In this document: piece after piece, positions 13,360 to 28,100 of the stretch
Layout of the letters: each line of letters opens with the position of its first letter
How positions within the stretch are numbered: position 1 is the stretch's first letter
Assembly: GCA_964016885.1 (NCBI GenBank)
Contig: OZ024745.1
Location: 34,100,001-34,164,000, forward strand
Source of the DNA: Eledone cirrhosa
Lineage: Eukaryota
Direction: 5' to 3'
Length of the DNA stretch: 64,000 nucleotides
Notes under the pieces: model-generated
The model's database searches: none
What the model saw: the letters and a program-made list of their open reading frames with translations, nothing else
What the model was told of the DNA's origin: nothing
Program-made: the position numbers and the translations under genes

Positions 13360-13424
13360 GGAGAGGCGACCATGAAAGCGAAGATAGTGGACGTAGAAGG
13401 AAGCTGAGAAATGAGAGAAAAATA

Positions 13425-13470
<46 letters not shown>

Positions 13471-14717
13471 GTATGAGAAGAGTAAAGAGTACGCAAGAAA
13501 GAAAACCACAACATGGAGAGAGAGAGAGAGAGAGAGATATGGAGGAAGAGAGACATAGAGGTAGATAGAAAGACAAAGTAAGAAGAGTATGCTAGCCAAA
13601 TTGTACTTGATACCGAACCAAAATACAATCCTACCTAGTTTATTGATTAGTGTGTCCTTGGCAATAAGTTTAGAATGTTTTCCCCGATCGTTATATGGTT
13701 TAGACGACTGATGATTAATGAATTTTAATGCTAACTTTGGAAGTAGGCCGTCGTTATTTAGTGTTGTTTCTAGTATTAATACATAACATGCGTTTAAATC
13801 CCTCCAAGATTCATTTTGACTTTCATCCTTTCGAGGTCGGTAAAATATAGTACTGGTCAAATATTCGAGTCGATATATTCAACTTTCCCTCCCACCAATT
13901 CACCGACACAAAAAAGGTGGCAAATTGGTAGAGTGATCAGAAGGTCGGATTATGTGCTTCTGTATTTGATCTGGCTCTATGCGCTCTGAGTTCAAATCCC
14001 GCCAATATTAACATTGCTTTACATTCTCTCGGGGTTGATAAATAAAATACCACTCCCGAACTGGGGACGATGTTTCCTCTCACTCATTCTCGTTATCACT
14101 TTCACACCAAATATAGAGTGATGAGCTCCGCCAAGCTTAGATGGCCTGGAGCCATCGTGTGTCAGGATGCCGCACTTTCGACTCCCTCGGGAGTTAAGGG
14201 CCCCTACATTTGTTTTTCTCTAACATAACTCAAGACAACAAGTTTAAAGGGATGTGTTTTGAACGATCGTCGGTTTCGACGGAAGGTGTTCTAATGCTAG
14301 AATCAATGGAATAGCCTGCTCATGAAATTGATATGTAAGTCGCCAATCATTCAACATTACGATCTGTGCAGAACATCCTAACCACTAAGCTACACACTTT
14401 CACTACTACACAACGCAACAAGCTTAAATACATTCATTCTACCACACAAATCGAGTAAACTGTGTATTTGTATGAACAGAGATAAGAATGTTTCACTGAA
14501 ATAATATACCTGCTCTGTTGTTTTTCCTTGAAATACCAAAGTGTTTTCAAATGGCAAAAAGTAAGAACAGCAGCAGCTGAGTATAATATGAAGATGATGA
14601 TAATGATGGTGGTGACGGTTTTGATGGTAATGATTAGGATGCTGTCGATGATGATGAAAATGTTGACGATGATGATGATGGTGATATTAATAATAGAAGA
14701 AGAAGAAAGGCGGAGTG

Positions 14718-15050
14718 GGCTTCAAGTACCTCGGAATACTTCAGAGTGACAAGGTACTTAGGTACTTAGCACAGAAATGAAGGGAAAGACACACCAAAAT
14801 ATTTCAGAAGACTCAAGGTCCTCCTGGGATCACAACTTAATGCTGGAAGTATGATAACGGCAATGAACTACAGAGCTGGATCTTTGATAAGAAATGTAAA
14901 GACTGGTTTTTGCAGTGAAAAATTGGTATGACCAAATTGGTGACGAGAAAAGATGAAAGTGTCGCAAAATGATAAAGTCAAGCGGAAGAAAAGATCTATC
15001 ACAACAAACCAGATATAATGTTAATAATCCAGACACGAAAGAACTGTTTT
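14718..15050 (+). pseudogene. RLE-type (R4/Dong-like) LINE RT remnant
   Basis: FKYLGILQSDKV..EMK and QLNAGSMITAMNYRAGSLIR-like peptides; highly degenerate. Confidence 0.5.
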
Positions 15051-15390
15051 ATTGTGGGCATAGCCTGCTCTATTGATACGAGAATAAAGGGTAAAGAAAA
15101 AGAAAATAAACACTATTACAATGACCTAAAATATGAAATTTGGAAAATATGGATAATTTTATGATTATTAGGATGTATAATATGATCTTGCTAAATATTT
15201 GAAACAAATTGCATTTGATCTTCGTATTGAGTCTGTGCAAAATCTATGCCTACATGTCATTGCTAGGATAATTAAAAAAGTGATGGATATCACCTTGAAG
15301 AGACGTGTGGCTTTGCCGTCGTGTATATATGTAGGTTGTTTAGAAATTTTATTAATTACACCAATGCCAGCCCTGGATGCTATACCAGAG

Positions 15391-15421
<31 letters not shown>

Positions 15422-16147
15422 ATATGATCACTGCTTATAATAATCACTGCGAGATTCTTCGTATGTTTATCATAGCGGTGTTCATATACACCTTTATCAA
15501 TGCTATCGTTAATTAATTCGAATATGTATTTGGTGATCTTATTCAGAAATCCGATTAGCGTATTCGTACCAATTATCTTACACTATGGCACCCTTTTCCT
15601 AAATACTCTATATGGCACCCACTTTCCGATTTACCTTTTTTTTCTTCTTATTTTTGCTATATTTATCGATATTCCTACCTTTCATTTACATATTTGTCTT
15701 GATGTCTAATATTCAATCTCATTTTGTCTAAGCAGTTAATTATTCAATCTAATTATTTTCGTTTCTTTTTTCCTTCTTTTCCATTAACGCATTCGTCAAT
15801 TTTATACATTCTTTATATAATGTTTTTCCATATCACACATTTTTCGCTTTCTCTTCCTTCATTAAATAATATTATTGAAACGTCTAAATATTATTTTTTA
15901 TTAATTCAATTACAATTTTGGGCTATTATACTAATGTTTTGGCAAGAAACATTTCATATTTTTTGTTGATATTTGCATCCTCTCTACCTTTGGATCGTTT
16001 TGATCTCCGATTTTCATCAGGTTTAATATTCAAAAGATATATAAATAATAAAAAATACGATAAAGTGCCCTTAACTTCTAAAGGCATTCTAAACCGGGCG
16101 GAGCCCATCCATCTCCAGGTCGGAGAAAGCAACAAAAAGACGGAGAG

Positions 16148-16211
<64 letters not shown>

Positions 16212-17858
16212 GGGGAATGAATCAACCCCAGTACTAGATTGATATTTTATTTATCAACTTCGAAAAAATGAAAGCAAAGTTGACTTCGGTGGTATTTGAG
16301 CTCAGTACGCTGGAAGAAATAGCGATATACTTTTAAATCCAACTCTCTATTGACGCTTCTAATTCGCCGCCGTATGTAATTAGTACCGGTCTGCATTCTA
16401 ACTACGAACTTTGATTTTAAAACTGATGGTAATAACATACTTGTCTGGCATGTAATTTGACGCACCCACATTTAATGTTACATTCTTCGGTTATTTAAAT
16501 TAATTTTTCACTAATGACAACCATATTAATCCTTTGTCAGCACTAGGTTTATTGACTGGGTTTTTTTTAGTGAGAATAGTATCTACTACGGCTTCTTTAG
16601 ATTTTTCTTGGTTCCCTTTCAATTATAGATATTTCAGAATAGCTCAAAATAGAGAAACACTTTGTTAATGCGCTTTCATGTAGTACAGGACCTTAAGAAT
16701 AAATATAAGTGACGGAACCGTGGCTTATGAAGAACGTTTTCTACTTTGAATACACAGCAGTATAATGAACATGTTCTGAAACCAAGCACCGGGTGATTTT
16801 TCAGTAATTTTGACAATAATCAAGAAATTTGAAGGAGTTAGGAATATATCTTGCTTTTTCATTATAAAGAAAAACACTTTTATAACACTTTCGTATCATT
16901 GAATAAAGGGCGGCTGCATGTTGTTTGGTATCAGGGGTTAATCTCTTGTTCTTAAGCCACACCGCATTTCTATTGAAATAATTTCGAAAATAATCAAGGA
17001 TTTTATGGATTCAGTAATAAATTATTAAACTGATGTTTGGAGTTTAACTTAACAAAAGGATTTTAGATAAATATAAGCACTTCAAAGGAAACAGTTTTGT
17101 ATCATAGAACCAGAGATGGTTTTAGCAGTTTGGTATTAAAGGGGTTAATTCTTATTATTCTTTCTCTTCGTCTCAGTTCATTTGTTAATTTATCAAATAC
17201 CTTGATCTATAAATAATATTAAAAACAATCCGCAATGCCTCTTCTCCATTGTCATTGTATCAGTAAAATTTCCTTCTTTGATCCATTATCGTCATTTTCA
17301 TTTTTGTCATATATCCCAATTCCTAAAGCATAATCTTTAGGGTTGCGAACAGGCAAGCTTCTTATGGTGTCAGATAGAAACGTAGCTGGTCTTTATTCCG
17401 TCTTTCTGAAACACAAATTCCGCTGAGACTCACTTTGGCTTTTAACCATCCAAGCTCGATAAATGAAGTACCAATTAAGTACTGAGGTTGATTGCCTCCC
17501 CCCTTCTCTCTCAGAATCACATCACGGCCCCAATAATCCTTTCACCACCACACACTGTGTAGATGTAACTTTTTCTCCTTTTTCTTGATATAGAAAGATT
17601 ACCCACCATTTCTATTCTTTCGTCACCCTCTTTGCACTCTTTTTAATTATTTCAACCAGACATTAGTTATTCTCATTACCATCCAACACAGATATGTAAA
17701 TATGTCAATCTGTAAACAACAAGGCACATAAATTATAGTCATAAGCATTGAAAATTAGATTTAACGCTTTGTACATGTAAACAACCAGCAATATTCCTTA
17801 GAAGAGTTTTGTTTTCAACATATCTATCTATCTATCTATCTATCTATCAACAAATCCA

Positions 17859-17917
17859 CAATTCGGTTTTTGCAAGACGGTCTTTGCAATTCGGTCTTTG
17901 CAATTCGGTCTTTGCAA
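17859..17917 (+). repeat. 14-bp tandem repeat x4 at the Tx1 5' junction
   Basis: CAATTCGGTCTTTG and variants. Confidence 0.85.
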
Positions 17918-17929
17918 GCGGTACGTCAA

Positions 17930-20032
17930 GGGAGGTGATGGACTTTAGGTCTTACCTCGATGGCATACCACGACTTTCGAGCACGGATGCAGGAGCTCCG
18001 AAAGGCCGATCACAGCGGGCGAAATAGAAGATGCCCTAGGCCGCTGCGGGAAACGCAAATCACCCGGTTTAGATGGTCTACCATATGAGTTTTACATAAG
18101 CATGTCAGACTTGTTCTCTGGCGTCCTCGAAGCGGTCTACTGCAATTGGCAACAGAACGGGAGGGTTTCCAGTTATGTAGGCAGAGGCGTAGTAACACTG
18201 ATCAGGAAAGATGAGAACAAGGGGGATGAGATAAGCAATTTCAGGCCCATAACTATGCTCAACACAGAGTTAAATATTTTGGCCAAGGGGTTAGCAGCGA
18301 GGCTGGCGCTTGTCGTCGAGAACCTGGTAGAGGAAGCGCAAACGTGTGTAATCCCAACCAGGTCCATACACGACAACCTCACCCCGTGCGACACATCATA
18401 TAAGGTTAGGGTGTAAACCTGGCTTCGGTGGGGCTCTGATCAATTTAGATCAGTCTAAAGCAGTCGACCATCAATACTTGGAAGCGGTTCTCAGGGCAGT
18501 CGGCTTCGGTCCCGTCTTCAGAGGCTGGGTCGCTGCCATGCACACCAGCATCTGCTCGGCAGTCATGGTGAATGGTTACCTATCGGAGCCATTCCAAATC
18601 ATGCGTTCCATCCGTCAGGGGTGCCTTCTCTCCTCCATTCTGTATGTACTGACTCTCGAGCCATTACTGCGGGAGTTTGAGCTGTTGCAGGGCATCCCGA
18701 TCGAACCAGGACTGTGGAAAGCAGCGTCGGCCTATGCCGACGACATAACCGTAACGGTATCGAAAACCTCGGACATCGGGGTAATCGGCAACCTATTACA
18801 GGAATACGAAACGTTGACACGAGCAAGACTAAACCCAAACAAGTCTGTCGGTTTGCAACTCGGCACATGGAGAGGCAAACCCATGCCTTCCGACAGTGTC
18901 GTTGGACGCTGGATGGAAGGACCCGTGAAATTGCTCGGGGTCTGGTTTGGTCCAGATCTCCAGGTGGACAAGAACTGGAACGAGGTCACGGCGAAGGTGT
19001 TTGCACTCACCCAGAACTGAGCTGAGTGCAAACTCTCCTTGAAAGGTCGAGCGGAGGTGGCGAACACTTACATAGCGTCCGTCATCTACTTCCACTTGAC
19101 AGTTGTGCCTTGTCCCCGCGAATACCTCACCAAAATGAACGCCTACTCTTCAAGTTCCTCTGGAAGAAACAGGCTCCATTGGTGAGGAGATCCATCACCT
19201 GTCAACACCCTTCGAACAGAGGGCTGGGCATGCCGTGGCTAATGATGCGCAAACACGCGCTGAGGCTACGCCATCGCCAGTTATTCCTGATCGGCGAACC
19301 GGTGTGGTTGTCGTTTGTGAGACGAGCTCTTCCACAACTCCCCTCACTAACAGAGCTGCAGTCCTGGGTCAAGCGAAGACCGAAACTGGGCACCTGGCAC
19401 CTCGATTGCCTTCAGGCGCCCACAGCTCCTCACCAAGCGGAAACGGCAACCAGCGGAGACTCCACTTCGATATTCTATAGGGGATTAGTGGAGGATAAGT
19501 ACGACGACGTTTTCGAGGAAACTCTAGGCATCGAGGAAGATGAACTGACCAGTCTGTTCGGGAGGACTTTCTGTCCAGGGCCTATGGATAACTTCCAGAG
19601 GTCTCTGGCCTGGCAGTGCTACCGAGAAGCTCTACCATTTCGAGACAAAATATACAGGCACAGACGCCCTGGCAGAGATCCTGCCAAAAGGACCTGTCCA
19701 AGATGCGAGCAGGACATCGAAACCGTTCTGCACGCAATTGTTCAGTGCCCAAGGTTGACCGACCTGTGGAATTATGTCGAACAGCTACTGTCACGTGTAG
19801 GACGCATCCAGTTATCAGCCGAGTCCGCAGCCTTCATTTAAGATTAAAGGAGAGGCGGTCTTCCTCTGTTTGGTGGCTATGGCGAAAGTGGTAATATGGT
19901 GGACGAGGTTAAAAGGACTGAGGACAAACACCTTGCTCTCCGGACAACTCCTCATCCCCTTCTTTAAGTACCACTTCAGAAGGAAGGTGAGAGTGGAGAG
20001 AGATGTGTTACACCTTTCAGCGGAAGTGGGCT
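17930..20032 (+). pseudogene. Tx1/L1-clade LINE ORF2 (RT plus CCHC), 5'-truncated and frameshifted
   Basis: KSPGLDGLPYEFY, NFRPITMLNTE, DQSKA, IRQGCLLS, AYADDI, VKLLGVWF, GLGMP, CPRC..DIETVLHAIVQC. Confidence 0.92.
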
Positions 20033-20080
20033 GAGTGCAAATTCTCGCTGAAAGGTGAAATACTGATAGTCCTGATAACG

Positions 20081-20140
<60 letters not shown>

Positions 20141-20144
20141 CATA

Positions 20145-20218
20145 AAGATGCCTATACTCTGCCAATATATTGAGTGCTTTTTTATTTGTGGTTACTTCCC
20201 GACACAACACGGGAATCT
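20145..20218 (+). mobile_element. Diverged family-A 3' tail between (TA)n tracts
   Basis: TATACTCTGC..TATTGAGTGC..TGTGGTTAC..CCGA..CAAC..GGAAT aligns by eye to the reverse complement of 2125-2190. Confidence 0.6.
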
Positions 20219-20226
20219 ATACATAC

Positions 20227-20268
<42 letters not shown>

Positions 20269-20308
20269 CATGCACAGATGCATACATACACAGATACATA
20301 CATAAAAA

Positions 20309-20364
<56 letters not shown>

Positions 20365-20853
20365 ATATGCATACATATATACATACGTATATAAGTACAT
20401 ACATACATACATAGACAGATGTGTTGAGAATCAGCTTAGGTGTTTTAAATTATCTTGGACGGCATCTCAGTTTTCTGAGATTAAATTAAACATTAAACCC
20501 GTGGACATGTTTTCCTTTCAAATGGTAAAATCGATAAATCAGTATCGGTCATATACCATATCGAATTCAATATATATCACTTCTGCTTCATAATTAAAAA
20601 ATCCTGTATTCCCTTATTTGTATTCCCTTCCTGTCTTATAATATTTTCTTACTGATAGTATACTGATAGTACACATTTAACATACATACGCATACACTCT
20701 ATATACATGCATACACACATACACACACATATATATAAATACACATATACAAATATATATATATATATATATATACATATATACATACATACACATATAC
20801 ATACACACACACGCATATATATATATATACATACACATATACATACATACACA

Positions 20854-20888
<35 letters not shown>

Positions 20889-20928
20889 GTACATACACAT
20901 ATACATACATACACACTCACACACACAG

Positions 20929-20961
<33 letters not shown>

Positions 20962-21212
20962 CAAATGTACACACCTCTGTGTGTTCGTGCAAGTGTTCAA
21001 ATTAAATTGTTCGGTATTGTGCTTTTATTTGATTTCATAAATCTCTAATGTAGAAATTATTCTCTTGTAGAGAGGAAATAATTGGCGGTTTCTTTAACTC
21101 CCACACTCATTCATTGAATTAATTATATGAAGCTTATGAAAGATTATATATATTTGCATTAATTGAAGTGTGATCTGTTGGTCTCTTAAAGTGACGGCAT
21201 ATATATATACAT

Positions 21213-21254
<42 letters not shown>

Positions 21255-21340
21255 ATATATATTTGCCTGTATGTGTAAATATATATATATATATACATAC
21301 TGTTGGCTTCTTGCTCACAATAATTTCTATACTTTTCATT

Positions 21341-21405
<65 letters not shown>

Positions 21406-21564
21406 GTGTATGTATAAATATATATATATCTGAAATTAATTAAGAAATATTCCAGAAGGTCGGTGTAAATGAATAATCTATATTTAAAAAAGAAAGTGGA
21501 TATTTATTTAAATTAGGTTAAATGTATTTATATGTGTAATCAGAAGAAATTATTACTTCAACTT

Positions 21565-21900
21565 GCCATTCTGAGTTCAAATCCCGCCGAGGTTAACTTT
21601 GCCTTTCATCCTTACGGGGTCGATAAAATAAAGTACCAGTAATGTACTGAGTAATTGCTGGCCTTGTGCCTAAAGTAGAAACAATTATTACCTCAACTAC
21701 TATGGCGGTGAATTGGCAGTATCGGTAGAGGGTCGGACGCCATGCTTGCTTTGACGCATATAGTTACGGCCCTTGTCATTCTGAGTTCAAATCCCGCCGA
21801 GGTTAACTTTGAATTTCATCCTTACGGGGTCGATAAAATAAAGTACCAGTAATGTACTGCTAAATTGCTGGCCTTGTGCCAAAAATTAGAAACAATTATT
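21565..21900 (+). mobile_element. Two tandem Nin-type SINEs (truncated plus full)
   Basis: Core at 21565-21690 and 21703-21900; ATTA(T)TAC(T/C)TCAACT repeated at three junctions. Confidence 0.88.
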
Positions 21901-23587
21901 ACCTCAACTACCAACTTTTTCTTTAATTATCTCGAAGAAAAGCATTAATTGTAGGCACATTCATGGCTGTATGGTTATGAAGATCGCTTCGCAGCCAATT
22001 GGTTTTATGTTCAGTCCTGACTAATGGAACCTTGGACAAGAGACTCAGGTTGGTCGATGTCTTGTGTGTACAATAATAGTTTTCTTTCGAGGTCCATTAA
22101 ATATAGTTCCAGACAAATACTGGGATCAATTTAGTCGACTTTCCCTTCCTCACAAAATTATTAGCCATGTGCCTGAAGTAGAAATAATTATAAGAGAGGT
22201 AATCAAACCGATCCTCGGTTAGTTTAATAACCAGACGGTTATTTGTATAGTAAAATCTCTTTCGTTCGTCACACATTCTGTGGCCTACTCAACGACTAAT
22301 TTTTCCCCTGTGTCTCTTCTTTGTTTTGATTTCGTTTTATTCACTCCATCCTGTAACATGACCCTACAGAAATATAACATTATATATATATTTCAAGCGT
22401 TAAACTAATATATTTCTTTCATGTACTGTGTCGTTTGTTTTGTTATTTCTGTTTACTTTTTACACACACACACAAATATTTATATACATGTATATATATA
22501 TATATATATATACATATATACACATCAACCCAAGCCCAAGTTCGCTCACATGCCATTGGTGAACTCGAAATTATATTCCAACACACATGGTGTAAACCCG
22601 AAACCTCATTTGGCTGCAGCCATGACTGCATCTATCACGCAAAAATCTTATGAACGAAGTCAATTGTTAGATGGATAGTATGTTACTAACCACAGTTCTC
22701 ACTAATGCGTAATTAGCCTGAAAACATAATTAGTGCTATTGACATTGAAGGAAAGGTTGACTATCTGATTCCATTTTATTGGGTCATTTCAGTATTGGAT
22801 ATACTATAAGACCGTTGATAGATTGTATCTTCATCATTAAGGCGGCGAATTGACATAGCTGTTGGAACGTCGTATACAATGTTTCGCGGTATTCGTTCTG
22901 CCTTCCTACACTCTCAGTTCAAGTCACACAAAAGTCAACTGTGCCATTTATCATTTCGAGATCGATAAGTAAAGTACGAGTCTAGAACTAGAGTCGATTA
23001 TTATGTCTCTCTCTCTCTCTCACTCTCTCTCTATCTCTTGCTCACTTTCTCTTATTCTACCCCTCTCTCTCTCCCTCTCTGGAAGAAATCGAATGTATTC
23101 AGTCGAAGAGATGGATATGCTCCGTCAAGTTTAAATATCCCAAAACACGCCGTATGTCACAACGATATCCCTACACTTCCATCAAAAGTGAAAAGCCTGA
23201 TCCCAACTCTCCTTAATGTGTAATTAATCTTGAAATGTAATTAATCCTATTAACTTTGAAGGCAGGAATGGCTATCTGATTCCATTTTATTAGGTCATCT
23301 GAACAATCTAAAATTAAACCACAGTTAATGGTATCTGTCTTCAACATAGGATATTTACAGCTTCATAGCTACAACTTGAAGTTGTGCGGAATAATGGTTA
23401 AAGTGTTCGGATCACAATCATAAGATTCAGAATGTGTTTACCTGACGCCGCACGTTGTGTGTCGTTGGAGAAGTGACTTTATTTAATGTTGCTCCAATCT
23501 AAACTATAATAAAGAAAGGAGTGCGGGACTGCGTCCAGAATATACTTTTTTATCCCGTTTGTAAAATCAGTTGGATTACTTTGAATA

Positions 23588-23690
23588 AATAATTGTTTTT
23601 ACTTTTGGCACAAGGCCAGCAATTACCCAGTGTATTACTGGTACTTTATTTTATCGACCCCGTAAGGATGAAAGGCAAAGTTAACTTTGA
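23588..23690 (-). mobile_element. 5'-truncated Nin-type SINE with TSD
   Basis: ACTTTGAATAAATAAT duplicated at both ends. Confidence 0.85.
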
Positions 23691-24646
23691 ATAAATAATG
23701 AATGAATATTACATAATTTATCTACTAAATTTCGTTATTCTTGATTAAATATATATAATTTTGTGGCTTATTTTAAGATTCACTTCTTTAACATTTTCAA
23801 ATGTCAACACTTCCGGTTAGCGATCGCTTAAATAAACATTCATATATTTCCGTCACTAATTTTCTCCTAATGCAGTTTATATATAAGATCGTCTTTTTTA
23901 AATGTATCATGGATTACGTTACTGATTACATAAGACAGTGTAACGCAGTCTTCGTTCAATTTCTCTGTATATTGTCAATTACGATTTTATTTGATGTATC
24001 ATATCTACATGCATATAATATCAATATGCATAATACACATGCTAGCAGAAACCGCCCGAAGGGTGGTTTTTCTGCTAGTCCATATAACTGTACAAAACTG
24101 AGTTCTACCTGTAATACAAAGATCCAGCTTTGTAACATTGTGTCACGCTGAATCTAACGATGAACTACGTTGTAAGTACACGTGTCTGTAGACCAATTCG
24201 TCACATACACGCTAATTTCACGAATCAGCTTTTCCGTTGATCGGCTCATCTGGAACACTCATCGTTGTAACCGATGGATGTCCAGTCCTCATAAACACAC
24301 ACACACACGCGCGTGCGCGAGTAAAAACTTGCAATCAAAGAGTTGTGGCTCCATAGATATGACGAAAAAAAAGAAAATCAAAATACTAAACAACATAGCT
24401 TGTATTTAAGATTAAAAGAAAGATGGGCTAAGAAAATAAGTGTTATTTTCGTTTAAATAAACAAAGCGAACACAATCATTTCATTCTATTTACAATCAAA
24501 TGCTAATATTTATTTTAGTTATGGAAGGTTTTGATAGCTATATATGTATATTTTTATTGTTTCATATTTTTATTTTTATTTCTCACCAATAGAGAGAAAA
24601 AGCGTGTTTCTAACCCAGTAACAACATTTTCTCTTAGAATTTAGAC

Positions 24647-24677
24647 AACTTCAACTTGATAATTATGTATGTTCGTT

Positions 24678-24715
<38 letters not shown>

Positions 24716-24746
24716 AACAAACATACATAATTATCAAGTTGAAGTT
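24647..24746. repeat. Inverted repeat centred on (TA)n
   Basis: AACTTCAACTTGATAATTATGTATGTT.GTTTG / CAAAC.AACATACATAATTATCAAGTTGAAGTT. Confidence 0.9.
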
Positions 24747-24799
24747 ATATATATATACATGTATATACATATATATACACACATATATAGGTGTGTGTA

Positions 24800-24980
24800 T
24801 AAGAAGGTCGGCTGAAAGGTTCATAGGCTAAAACGTTCATAGATTGACCAAATCAGATTTATTTTTCAACATAGTCCTTGGAAACAAACAATGGTGTTAT
24901 TAATGAAAAGAGTTGAAATTAATAAATGAAAGATTTCACAGCGCTAGCATCACATCAATCAGAGTGATCCTATGAACTTT
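24800..24980. mobile_element. Mariner-type MITE (same family, right end eroded)
   Basis: GTCGGCTGAAAGGTTCATAGGC...CCTATGAACTTT; internal similarity to 40613-40800. Confidence 0.7.
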
Positions 24981-25004
24981 ATATACATGTAACATACATG
25001 TTAC

Positions 25005-25025
25005 ATACATATATATATATATATT

Positions 25026-25056
<31 letters not shown>

Positions 25057-25159
25057 ATATTTATATATATTTATATATATATATATATTTATATATATAT
25101 TTATATATATATATATATTTATATATATATTTATATATATATATATTTATATATATATT

Positions 25160-25246
<87 letters not shown>

Positions 25247-25277
25247 TTAAATATATATATTTATATATATATATATT

Positions 25278-25314
<37 letters not shown>

Positions 25315-25383
25315 ATTTATATATATATATTTATATATATATATTTATATATATATATTTATATATATATATTTATATATATA

Positions 25384-25473
<90 letters not shown>
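25005..25473. repeat. (TA)n array with TT interruptions
   Basis: Direct observation; same texture resumes at 26396-26698. Confidence 0.97.
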
Positions 25474-26394
25474 CGTGGGAAAGTAGAAATCGGAGAATAG
25501 ACCGTTAAAACATGTCTATTTAAAATATCACCTACGTACGTTTCGCTCAGTTGGGCTTCTCAAGGGCATAAATAATCACAAGTGTTCCTTATATAGTTCG
25601 GAAAGAGTTTTGGGGGTTAAATCAACATCAAGATTCATTGCTCGCAAAAATATCTTGTTTTGATTTTGCAGCAGGTCAAGGGACGTAACTCTGGCCGGTG
25701 TTAGGGCAGTCTTTCCCGGATAATTTTTTTTTTTTTTTTTTGCCGCATCCGTTTGTCCGAGGCTGGGTCTGGTTTTTAAGGATTGTTTTCTGGGTGTTAT
25801 TTTGCTGCGCCTGCCCGCCGGGGTGTTAAGACTTGTTGCAGGGAGATCCAGTGTACTATTTCACTCTTCATTCTTAACCCATCTAAAGAAGGATATTTTT
25901 AAGCGATGTGTACAACTTATCGCTGTTTCAGCTCTGCTGTTGATGAGCTCGTGGGATGCAGTTATGATGTGGTAGAGCTCCATGAGGCAAAGATCGCATT
26001 TCCTCTTGAAGTTGTACGGTGCAGCCCGGCCGACAATCTCCCAGTGCGTGGAGAAGCTGATGTTTAAGTCCTTTAGTGATGTGATGTAGTCCGCGAGCGA
26101 AGTGGAGTGCCTTAGTTTTCTATTTGTGAAAGAGTGGAGATCTGTTCGAAACCTAATTTTGAACGGGCCGGAGGTGGCCCCTATATAATGTTTAACGCTA
26201 TTGTGGCTAGTAATAGTGCATCTATATATAATCCTATCAGTCAAGCAGTATCCTCTAAGGGGCAGCGTCCTCTGTCGAGGCAGTTGCAATTTCTGTGGCG
26301 GTTCCGTCTATTTCCCACGGTAAGGCTATCATTGTTGCTGCCTACGTTGTTACCTACGCTACCGCAGCTGTCGTTAGCACAATTACAACCCACA

Positions 26395-26395
<1 letters not shown>
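25474..26395 (-). mobile_element. Second PLE (Naiad-like) family, 5'-truncated: GIY-YIG domain plus 3' UTR and hammerhead
   Basis: [11 protein letters not shown] / frameshift / [47 protein letters not shown]; embedded between long (TA)n/TATT arrays. Confidence 0.88.
25526..25570 (-). ncRNA. Hammerhead ribozyme variant (U3-A8 core), somewhat degenerate
   Basis: TATGCCC-TTGAGAA-GCCCAACTGAGC-GAAA-CGTACG-TA-GGTGATA, downstream of a GIY-YIG ORF; stems I and II imperfect. Confidence 0.65.
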
Positions 26396-26465
<70 letters not shown>

Positions 26466-26467
26466 TT

Positions 26468-26651
<184 letters not shown>

Positions 26652-26702
26652 TATATATATATATATATTTATATAATATATATTTATATATATATATTTG
26701 GA

Positions 26703-26815
26703 AAAATACATATTAACCCCATCATAACCTCAGAGACTGAGAGAAAATATAAAAACATTTAAAAAAAATATTTTCTCTCAGTCTCTGAGGATATGATGGG
26801 GTTAACATGTATTTT
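26703..26815. repeat. Hairpin adjacent to (TA)n
   Basis: ~48-bp arms, 2 mismatches, A-rich spacer. Confidence 0.9.
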
Positions 26816-27014
26816 AAATTGAGTGGCACTGCTTTCAATGTTTAGCAATTTTTAGACAACTTTATCATTGAAACAATTGTTAGACTAAATAAATTTCCTT
26901 GTTTGTACTGTTGACCATGTTATTCTTCATTTTTTCAATTTTATTACTCCAAGATATACTTACATAGGAATACAAGTGAAGTCGTAAACTTGTCATCCAC
27001 GTAAACCTCTGGAG

Positions 27015-27040
27015 TATATATATATATATATATATATAAA

Positions 27041-27091
<51 letters not shown>

Positions 27092-27122
27092 ATATATATA
27101 TATAATATATATATATATAAAG

Positions 27123-27158
<36 letters not shown>

Positions 27159-27160
27159 AT

Positions 27161-27191
<31 letters not shown>

Positions 27192-27200
27192 TTTATAAAG

Positions 27201-27238
<38 letters not shown>

Positions 27239-27286
27239 ATATATATATATATAATATATATATATAATATATATATATATATATTT

Positions 27287-27318
<32 letters not shown>

Positions 27319-27364
27319 ATATATATATTTTATATATACATATATATATATATTATATATACAT

Positions 27365-27399
<35 letters not shown>

Positions 27400-27477
27400 T
27401 ATATAATGTATATATATATACATATACATATATATATATATTATATATATATATATATATAAAATATATATATAATG

Positions 27478-27508
<31 letters not shown>

Positions 27509-28036
27509 ATATTATATATATATATATAAAATATATATATAATTTATATATACATATACATATATATATATTATATATATATATAAAATATATATATAAT
27601 GTATATATATATATATATATATACATATACATATTATATATATATATATAATATATATATAATATATATATGCATATATACATATATATATATTATATAT
27701 ATATATATATAAAATATATATATAATGTGTATATATATATAAAATATATATATGTGTATATATATATAAAATATATATATAATGTGTATATATATATAAT
27801 GTGTATATATATATAAGGTTTAACATATGTTGATGCCCTAAGGACAGACACTGGTCTGTTGGAGATGCAGGATATGGCAGCGATAATGAGGGACAGAGAC
27901 CGCTGGAGAGAACTCGTCCATGGATCTCGGGAATTTTACCCGCCTTAGATAGATATATATATTATATATATATATATATAAAATATATATATAATGTGTA
28001 TATATATATATATATATATGCATATATACATATATA

Positions 28037-28083
<47 letters not shown>

Positions 28084-28100
28084 GGTGTATATATATATAC
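27015..28100. repeat. Compound (TA)n array
   Basis: Direct observation; interrupted by the RTE tail at 27817. Confidence 0.97.
27817..27953 (+). mobile_element. RTE 3' terminus (same family as 2820-3065) inside a (TA)-rich array
   Basis: ACATATGTTGATGCCCTAA.GACAGACACTGGTCT..TGGAGA.GCAGGA.ATGGCAGCGAT matches; ends in TAGATAGA. Confidence 0.85.

Noticed and set aside
21555-21912. Repeat-spacer pattern resembling CRISPR
   Set aside because: Eukaryotic DNA; the repeats are SINE TSD junctions and there are no cas genes.
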